Part shown: piece by piece, positions 54,527 to 64,000 of the stretch | Position numbering within the stretch: the stretch's first letter is position 1 | Layout of the letters: every line of letters begins with the position of its first letter | DNA from: Octopus vulgaris | Lineage: Eukaryota | Assembly (NCBI GenBank): GCA_951406725.2 | Contig: OX597817.1 | Location: forward strand, 52,576,001-52,640,000 | Direction of reading: 5' to 3' | Length of the DNA: 64,000 bases | Notes under the pieces: generated by a model | Database searches by the model: none | Seen by the model: only the letters and a program-made list of their open reading frames with translations | Told to the model about the DNA's origin: nothing | Translations under genes and position numbers: made by a program

Positions 54527-55220
54527 TTTAACCCTTTAGCATTTATACCATCCATATCTGGCTCAAATATTCTGCCTGTTTTATGTTTAAACTAGCCAGA
54601 TCCAGCCTCTCACACCTACCCTACAATGTCATTCTAAAAATACACAAGCATATCACCAAAATCTTAAAGCTACAAGATGCTTGATTAATTTAACCCTGTG
54701 TTGTATAGACAGCTGGAGACGATGTCTCCTGGGGCTAAATTACAGCAACATTCGTCGACAGCCATGTTTTGTTGGCAAACAATCTTTACTACAAAGTTCT
54801 GTTGCGAAAATATAAGGATACAGATCGTGTTGTATAGCCAGTTGGAGAAGATGTCTCCTGGGGTTAAATTACAGCAAAATTCGTCCTAAACCAGGACTAT
54901 CATGTTATGTTGGCAAACAATCTATACTATAATTTAACCCTTTCGTTACCAATATGGCTGGAACCGTCTCTGGCTCTGAGTAAAAATGTCTTGTTTTCAT
55001 CAGTTTTGAATTAAAATCTTCCACCTAAGCTTAGTCTCAATTTATGTTCCTAACACTAGCTGAATGATAACCAAGTTATTTTATTAAATTCTTTGTTATA
55101 TTTAAAGTAATTGGAAGAAACACAGAGCATCTCAACAGAAATACAGTAACAAATGGGTTAAAATAATGTCAATAAATAAGAATTATATTTGACAAAGAAA
55201 TCTGAATACTAAAGAGTTAA
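54527..55220 (+). mobile_element. TTAA-ended MITE containing nested elements, including a monomer of the 3838 MITE (54934-55161)
   Basis: TTAACCCTTTAGCATT ... AATACTAAAGAGTTAA outer ends; internal two-copy repeat at 54698-54930. Confidence 0.6.
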
Positions 55221-56529
55221 CAGAGATTTGACAAATATTTCTAGTAGTGCATGGCAAAAAATATTGACCATCCCTGCTAATTCCATCATTCCATCCATAT
55301 CTTTCCCTGCTGAAAATGAAGAGTAAAGAAAAAAAAAACACCTTAAACCATCTTGGAGTGGAGGTGTGTATGTGTGTGGGGTGTCACATCACTCACTGTG
55401 TTAATGAAACAATCTCTATATTGTTATGATATGTTGGTATGTCAGTGGAGGTGGTATTGGTGGTGGAGGAGACGATTGTGATCATGGTGGTGGTGGTGGA
55501 AGTGGTGGTGTACAGAGTGGGGGAGAGAGATGTCATTGCTTAAGATTGAGGTCAGTCACTGAACAATAAACCTGAACTGGAGGTAGGAGGAGGAGGAGAA
55601 AAAAAGGAAAGAAGCTGGTGACAAGTGGACAATGGTTGGCAGTGTGACAGTGTTGTTGTTGTTATTGTTGTTGGTGGTGGTGATGCAGTTTAGCCCCAGG
55701 TCATTCTTGGTGTAGAAGCCGACTTATCTATATGATCAAAGGTGTCCCAGCTGCAGTCATGCCTTCCTAATATTCTACAATTGCTCCATGATGGCAGAGC
55801 GCGAGTTGAAGGAGATTTAACAGTAATTTCTAGCGGGTAGAATGACCTCACTAAGGCTCTCTCAGTGACTACTAGTAGTAGTAGTGGTGGTAGTAGTAGC
55901 AGCAACAGCAGCAGTGGTGGTGGTGGTGGTGTTGATGGTGGTTGTGGTAGTGATGGTTGTGGTGGTGATGATGGTGGTGGTGATGGTGGTGATAGTGTTG
56001 TTGTTGTTGTTGATGGTGGTGGTGATAGTGTTGTTGTTGGCAGTGATGGTGGTGGTGATGACAGTGGTGATAGTGGTGGTGGTTGTGGTCTTAGCAGTGT
56101 TGCCAGGAAAAAGTTCATACCATGGTTAAAAGAAATTTCAAGAATTCTTACAGTAACTAACAGCAACATCTAACAACAACAGCAACATAACAAGCCAAAA
56201 TGGTTGCTAGAAAGAGCAGCCAAATCTACAACTCACACATGCACACATTTCATAATATAATGCTTGATACACCGATATCTAAAAAGATAGGATGGCCAAA
56301 GCTGGAATGTCTCTTGCCATAGATCTGCTTGATTAGACCTAGGGTTAAACAGCAGCAGCAACACCAAAAACACTTCATGAAGGAGCCTCTATGTTAGTGG
56401 TTCTCAACCATATTTTGCCTGTGGACCATTATGATTCCTGTTTTATTCCGATGGACACTTGTAGCCATTTGATATTTAAAAACAAATCATATTTTTACAA
56501 CAAAATATTTTAAAGAATTCTTCTTCTTC

Positions 56530-56560
<31 letters not shown>

Positions 56561-57131
56561 CCACCACCACTACCACCTTCATCATCATCATCGTCGTCAT
56601 CGTTGTCGTTTAACGTCCGTTTTCAATGCTGACATTGGTTGGACAGTTTGACTGGGGATTGGCAAACCAGGAGGTCGCACCATGCTCCAATCTGATCTGG
56701 CAAGGTTTCTACAGCTGGATGCCCTCCCTAACACCAACAACTCCGAGAGTGTAGTGGGTTCTCTTTATGTGCCACTGGCATGAGGGCCAGTCAGGCGACA
56801 CTAGCATCGGTCACATACGAATGGTGCTTTTTACGTGCCACCGGCACGGGAGTCAGTGAGGTGGCAAAAACTATCCAAGATATTTTGTGCATTTTAGAAG
56901 TGGAACCAAATTATTACTTTGTCACTCTTTTATTTGTTTCAGTCATTTGAGTGTGGTCATGCTGGAGCACTATCTTTAGTCAAGCAAACTGACCCCAGGA
57001 CTTATTCTTTGTAAGCCTTGTACTTATTCTATCAGTCTCTTATGCTGAACCGCTAAGTTACAGGGCTGGAAACTTACCAGCATCAGTTGTCAAGCAATGT
57101 TGGAGGGAGAAAGATAGATACACGTACATAT

Positions 57132-57179
<48 letters not shown>

Positions 57180-57319
57180 ATAATTAGGGCTCAGCAGAGA
57201 TTTGCTTTACCACATACCGAAGTTTAGAAATAGCAGCCAGAGAACCTTAGCTATTTCCTCTACTTGGTGAAATTATTGATTACTAGTTAATTAATTAATT
57301 TTACCCTTTGTTATTATTG

Positions 57320-57357
<38 letters not shown>

Positions 57358-58295
57358 CATATATACGACGAGCTTCTTTCAGTTTCTGTCTACCAAATCC
57401 ACTCACAAAGCTTTAGTCAGCCCGAGGCTATAGGAGAAGACACTTGGCAGTGGTACTAAACCCAGAGCCATGTGGTTGGTAAGCAAGCTACTTATCACAC
57501 AACCACTCCTGTGCCTTTGGACCCTAAAGGGTTGTATTTTTCACGGGGAGGTGCGAAACTGCATTAGCCCCCGCCAAATATATTAGTGTTAACATATTAA
57601 TATAGGAAGCAGTATTTTTTTTCCTTTACATCTTGTGATGTTTCTGAACACATCTTCTTCACTTGGTTTTTTTTTTAATACCTATTCACTGTTCACTTCT
57701 TGTGCATATTCTATATACTATTCCTGCAGTTTTGGTTCCTTTTTCTGATGAGTTGTAGTACACCTGGGCACTGTATACAATAAACTCATTAAATATATAT
57801 TGTTGCTATTATGTAAAAGTGTCGTAAGTCCAAAACGGTGCTTTTTCAGAAAACGAAAATATAATTTTACCATTCCACAGCAAAACCATTGTACTACACT
57901 TTAACAATTTTTGATATCTTGGCATATGAAGTAGCTGGAGATACGATAGTTTGACCAAAACAACCGACCATTGCAAGCAAAAATAAATATTAAAAAAAAA
58001 AACGCATTTAAAATTTGGACATATGACAGTTTAACATAATAGCAACAATATACATATATATATAATGTATATATATATATTGGACAAGTAGTTTTTAAGA
58101 TATTAGAGGCTTTTGATGTACAGATACCCGAAACGGTGCATAATGGGAAAATATTCTGAAAATAATCTTAAACCTTATCTGATATATATATAATGTGTGT
58201 GTGTATATGTATATATATATATATATATATATGGTGTGATGGCGATTAACCAATTGTAAAAATATTCAAATCAATGATACCAAGTAACATTAGTA

Positions 58296-58362
<67 letters not shown>

Positions 58363-58367
58363 ATATA

Positions 58368-58606
58368 ATTCTCATAAAAATATCGTGTACATTAGAACAC
58401 ATTAAGAGGCTTCCAAATAGGAAAGCCTTGTGCTAGAAAGCGTAGTAGAAAACTCAAACCACTAATTATGGATAAATTCTTGAAAGGATTGAAAATTAAA
58501 AACATTTACCATCTAAGAGCAGTTTTCTACTGCTCTTTCTAGCACATGGCTTTCCTATTTGGAAGCCTCTTAATGCGTTCTAATGTACACAATTTTTTAT
58601 GAGAAT
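58368..58606. repeat. Inverted repeat (~87-bp arms, ~66-bp spacer) flanked by TA-rich microsatellite
   Basis: ATTCTCATAAAAA...GTAGAAAACT / AGTTTTCTAC...TTTTTATGAGAAT. Confidence 0.9.
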
Positions 58607-60945
58607 AATATATAGTCTATTGACTATTTCTTTTTGTGCTAGGCCACTGGTAATAATAATTTCTATAATTCTTATTACCCTAATATTATTTATTATATAT
58701 ATATATATATATGCATCTCATTGTTTTGAATATTTCAACAATTAGTTACCTTCACTCTGATGACTTAAGCTGAGTTTGATTAAGCCCCAGGTTGCATCCA
58801 GCTAGCCCTACCCCAAGCATCACAGCTCCATCCTCTTCTCACATGAGCAACTTTTGCTGTTTCAGTGGTTAACTTGCCTTCAGGCCTGTGTGATGCTTAA
58901 CAAATAGCTAGAAATAAGTATGTTGCAAGCCAGGTAAATAATTAAATAGACAGAGGTAAGTTAGTGTTAATTTATTAATGCAAAAAGTATTAAAAGGTTA
59001 ACTAAAAATAAATAAGTCATGAGATATACAGATAAGTAAGTTAGTATTAACATGTTTAAATGCATGAAGCATTAATAATCTAAATTGAAATTAATTAAGT
59101 ATGTGGCAAAAGATAAAAAACAAAATGTAACAAACAATTTTTAGTCAGTGACTAATATTATTTCTAATTTTCCAGGCATATATTAGAGATAGCTTAGAAT
59201 ATGTTTTGGTTTTATTCTGATCTCATCAGCAGAGCCATTACCTTTACTATAGTTATCAAGAAATTAGCTGGCAAAGATAAATAAAATTCTTTAGAGAATA
59301 TACAACTCAAGGAGGCTATTCCCAATAAAAAATGGTAGTCAACTGTGTGTTAACATATTTAATGCAAAGAAACCACTAAATCAATGCATTAAAATTGATC
59401 AGAGTATTGTAGAAGACACTAATGACTAATTAGTTGACTTGGTTTAAAATTTTCGATTCCATTTATGAGTGAGATCGTTGCCAGAGCAACAAGCTGGCTT
59501 TCGTGCCGATGACACATTAAACACGCCATTCGAGCGTGATCGTTACTGCGTCACCTTACTAGCACTTGTTCTGGTGGCACGTGAAACATTCGAGTGAGGT
59601 CGTCGCCAGTGCTGCTGGACTGGCTCCTGTGCAGGTGGCATGTAAAAAGCACCATTTGGGCATGGCCGTTGCCAGTACCACCAAACTGGCCGTCATGCTG
59701 GTGGCATGTAAAAGCACCCACTACACTCTCGGAGTGGTTGGCGTTAGGAAGGGCATCCAGCTGTAGAAATTTTGCTAGATCAGATTGGAGTCTGGTTCTC
59801 CACACCTCAGTCAAATTGTCCAACCCATGCTAGCTTGGAAAGTAGACGCTAAATGATGATGATGGGGTGAAGCAGAATTGTGAAAATCCAAAGAATACTG
59901 TATTTATCCATTCTTAATACATTCTGGCAGGTTCAAACATGAATATCTGATCACTGTTGTTTTTCACCACCCTTTAGGTGACATATGTTCATAACACATG
60001 TGAATCTAGTCTAAAGGGACTTGCCTGAACCAGTGTTTTGACCTCATTGTATGTGTAGAGGTACATGGCCAAGTAGTTAGAGTAGCGGACTCACGCTTGA
60101 GGGATCGCGGGTTCGAATCTCAGACCGGGCGGTGTGTGTGTTTATGAGCAGAACACCTAAGCTCCACATGGCTCCGGCAGAAGGTAATGGCGAACTTCTG
60201 TTGACTCTTTCGCCACAACTTTCTCTCACTCTTTCCTCCTGCATCTTGCAGCTCACCTGTGTTGGACCGGCGTCCCGTCCATTTGGGGAACCTATACGCC
60301 AAGGAAACTGGGAAACCAACCCTTATGTGCCAGGCATGGATTGAGAAGGAAAAACAACTGTTCCTTCTAAAGGATGAAACATTGTGTCTCCTCAGTTGAA
60401 GTTACCCAACAAACAAGCTATAAATTATCTGTTTGGCAGACATCTGCAAGCATTAACAAATAGTTTGTTTGCTGATTTCAAAAAACAAGAGTTTGTACTC
60501 TTGTCAGATTTGTCAATTTGGTCATGGGGTAGCTTTGACTGAGGAGACATGCAATGAGGTCAAAACACCCTCGTACACCAGTGAATCATTGAACAACATG
60601 TGTCATGAAAACACAATGCTTAAAGGGAGGAAGTGTTTTCCAGTGATCTTAAACATTAGCAATAAAATATTCACATTCAAATCTACCATAACATATTGGG
60701 TTCAAATTTTGGCACAAGGCCAGCAATTTGGAGGGTAGGGGCTAAGTTGATTGCATCAACCCCAGTACTCAACAGGCTCTTATTTTATCGACCTCAAAAG
60801 GATGAAAGGCAACGTCGATCCTGACAGCATCTGAACTCAGAATGTAAAGACAGACGAAATACAGCTAGGAATTCTGCTTGGCATGCTAACAATTCTGCTA
60901 GCTCCACTGCTGCTGCCTTATCTTCCAGAACATATTAAGCGTGAA

Positions 60946-61449
60946 TACTGGAAATCCTCGAGTATAATCCGCATTTTGTTCCCAAAATTTAAAGGTCAAA
61001 ATCCCTAGTGTGTACTATATACGAGGTTAAAAATGAAAATTATTTTCTAAGCAATGTCTGAGTCTCTATTTGCTGACTGGCTATGTTTATTCAGGCGCAT
61101 TTTATGATGTCAGGCATGAAAATACCTTAAGCTAAGCTTGAAAGCAATGAAGTCATAAAAGAATCATCCATAAGTTGCAGTAAGCAACATTTATTAAACG
61201 TTATTACTGTTATTCCTTTATTTTCTGCAAACAAAATGTACAAAAAAACTACATGTTTGCATTATGTTATATATACAATAATAATAAAGGACATTACCGT
61301 ATACATTTTTACAAACCAAGGATGTTATATAGACCTCCTTGACTCAAATTAGAGAAGGGGTGCGTATTATACACAAGGTTTAGGTTTTTCAGAGGTACAG
61401 CCCCCTAAAAATCTCCTGCATATTATACTCAAGGGCGGACTATACGGTA
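60946..61449. mobile_element. Tc1/pogo-like MITE
   Basis: TAC...CTCGAGTATAATCCGC left end; GCATATTATACTC...TACGGTA right end with repeated TTATAC subterminal motifs. Confidence 0.6.
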
Positions 61450-61733
61450 GATATGTTAAATCCTCTTCATTTATTCAACAAGAACTGGTCAAAGTAACCA
61501 TCCTCATGGATCTTTACAAACCATTTGAAACTGTCAAGATTAACATTATTGATCTACTCGTTGGTGGATGAAATGAAATTATGAGCAGGGATGAAGCAGT
61601 GAGACTCTTTCAGTGATTTTCAACCATTGTTTTTACCTATGGATCCCATTGATTCTTATTTAACTTGGGTGGACCCTCATAGCCATTCAATGTTTAACAA
61701 AATTCTTTTATATTTTCCTATTATATTTTCATC

Positions 61734-62306
61734 TACTAGGAAGCTGAACCACTTTCATACAATACACCTCAGAAAACTTCTCGGCATAAAGTGGCAGGAC
61801 AGGATCCCGGACACTGAGGTACTAATATGTGCTAACCTGCCCAGCATCCATACCATCTTAATGCAGTCTCAGCTTTGCTGGGCAGGGCATGTAGTTTGCA
61901 TGTCAGATAATTGATTACCAAAAAGATTGCTCTTTGGCGAGCTGCAAAAGGGAAAGTGCTCACAAGGCAGCTAGAAGAAGCACTTTAAGGACACACTGAA
62001 AGCCTTCAACATTGACCATGACACTTGGGAGCAGTTTGCTCTAGACAGAGAAGGGTGGCGATCAGCTGTCCACAAGGGTGCCAACACATGTGAGACCAAT
62101 AGGATCACTGCTGCAGAAGACCGCAGACAAGCCAGGAAGAACAGAGCTAACAACCCTGTAGCAGGTGCTACCATTTCCTGTCCAGACTGTCAAAGACTCT
62201 TTCGGGCACAGATTGGCCTCACTAGCCATCTACAGACTCACAAAACAATACCACCCCCACCCCAGGATGACTAGATGGTCTTCGTTGCATCGATAGACAA
62301 AACTAC
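61734..62306 (+). mobile_element. 5'-truncated RTE LINE with C-terminal C2H2 finger, inserted in a hAT MITE
   Basis: RKLNHFHTIHLRKLLGIKWQDRIPDTEVL...WAGHV...LPKRLLFGEL...DREGWRSAV...CPDCQRLFRAQIGLTSHLQTH, with stops; TSD ATATTTTCATC. Confidence 0.9.
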
Positions 62307-63189
62307 ATATTTTCATCATTAAATATTATTATGAATGTTGTAAAAGAAATTGTTAAAATATTTTGTGTATTGGAAAAGTATAACCAATATATTTCAGATT
62401 AATTTTAACAACAAAATCTTGTATGGAACCTCAAAGGCCATGTGGACCCTGGCTGAGAACCATTGCTCTATGTGGTGATCTGGCCTATTGTAAATAACCA
62501 GGTTCCATTAAATTATATTCTACCATCCTAGAATGGGGCAGGAGACATGAATTAGGAAGACCCAAGTTCTAAGGGGAAAGAGGCTATTTTTGCAGAGATT
62601 GAAAAGCAGAGAAAAAGAAAGAAAGCAAGCAGTAAATCTGTGGTCTAAAATATGCGTGCAACAACTGCAGTGTCCACATAAACGTGGAAATTATACCTGG
62701 ACCCTCAACACTATACACTATCCGAAAAATAGCCCTGCTAAGCACAGCCCATATCCTATGCAAAACGCCATCAATTCAATAATACAACTCAAATAAAACA
62801 ATCCACAAACACAAGACATTATTTATAGTAAATATCCAATAAAGGTGTAGGAGTGGCTGTGTGGTAAGTAGCTTGCTTACGAACCGCATGGTTCTGGGTT
62901 CAGTGCCACTGCGGATTTTATATAATAGATATAATATATACGATGGACTTCTTTCAGTTTCTGTCTACCAAATCCACTCACAAGGCTTTGGTTGGCCCAA
63001 AGCAATAGTAGAAGAAACTTGCCCAAGGTACCATGCAGTGGGACCAAACCTGGAACCATGTGGTTGGTAAGCAAGCTATCCATGCTTTGGCAAATCTGAG
63101 TGTGAAAAAATGTTTTCAAAAGCCATAGGCAGTGTATAACAGCGACAGACACATAAATGGGAACAGTACACCATTGTGGGAGGAAGGTG

Positions 63190-63400
63190 TATGTCTGTAT
63201 AATGGAGATACTGTCCCAGATATGGGAGTCATATTCCACTGTGAGTTTCACCAGAGCTTTGTAGAGGGTTAGCCACAATTAGGTTCAGTATAATTTCTGG
63301 ATTCAAAGACAAAAGCCAGACTTTGCGATGCAGGTTTTGCCATGTGCTATGCTGACAATGTGAGATTACCCAGAGAGATTAAAAATGATGGTAAAGGCAT
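63190..63400 (-). mobile_element. CR1/L2 LINE fragment
   Basis: LYKALVKLTVEYDSHIW resembles the LYK.LVRP.LEY...VW motif. Confidence 0.55.
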
Positions 63401-64000
63401 GAATATCACAACATTTTATCTCTTACTCACACGAAAAGAAATTTATAATAAAAATTTATACTTTGTTAAGAGAAACTAAAACTGTGTGACTAAAGTTTAA
63501 TGAAGGTGCAAGGTTAAATTTTTGTCATATTTTAAACAGCTGACAAATTAACTTGAATACATAGAGATATGAAAATATAGCTTACTTTTGTATATGGGTC
63601 AGTGTTAGTTTAGATAAATGAATAAAATATATTTTTAGGTAATAAAATAAATGAATAAATTAATTCAATTTATTCATCTACAAACATATCAGTATATATT
63701 GAATGTATAAGCAGCCTGTGAATGGCGTCAGAAAAGATAAACAGTACATACATATATATATATGGCAAGGGTTGTTTTAACATAGTTTATATAGTGCAAG
63801 GCACTTTCATTAATTAAAATTACACTAGTAACGAGGAAAAGGAATTATTAATTTATTGATCACATTGTATGTGTAAGTATGAAAATGCATGTATGTCTAT
63901 GTATGAATGCATGTATGTATCAGAGTGACCCACTCTTGGATGGATGTTGTGACAATAGGTAGGGGGTCCTTCACTCCCAGTGGTTTTACTACATGCCCTG

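Noticed and set aside
55690-56173. Pro/Gly/Val-rich ORFs (tempting as a COBL proline-rich region)
   Set aside because: (GGT/GAT/GTT)n trinucleotide low complexity flanked by repeat sequence; no convincing splice sites or KRAP motifs.
57740-57790. CTGATGAG hammerhead-like core
   Set aside because: No downstream GAAA or stems; it is the 3' end of the CR1/L2-like family seen at ~15040.

Overview
AT-rich, repeat-saturated animal genomic DNA. The SINE repertoire and microsatellite load suggest a coleoid cephalopod, probably Octopus (inference from recalled repeat motifs, not searched). The only well-supported host coding sequence is one 241-nt minus-strand exon (50848-50608) encoding part of the N-terminal ubiquitin-like domain of a cordon-bleu (COBL/COBLL1-like) actin regulator. 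The rest of the window is most simply that gene's introns. They are filled with several SINE families, decayed RTE, CR1/L2, Dong/R4 and Penelope-like retroelements, mariner and hAT remnants, TTAA and other MITEs, non-autonomous Helitrons, and a ~2.85-kb (TA/CA) microsatellite that generates the long I/Y/H/T/M/C/V ORFs. The most notable unexplained structure is a perfect 104-bp inverted repeat of apparently non-TE sequence (49328-49431 / 51630-51733) that brackets the COBL exon. One arm sits in a CpG-retaining, promoter-like region just upstream of a possible alternative first exon. Also notable are a TSD-bounded ~400-bp bipartite RTE-derived element with an HDV-ribozyme-like 5' end, and many long fold-backs that would be dsRNA in the pre-mRNA. 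No prokaryotic-type system (CRISPR etc.) is present, and no novel system is demonstrated by sequence alone.
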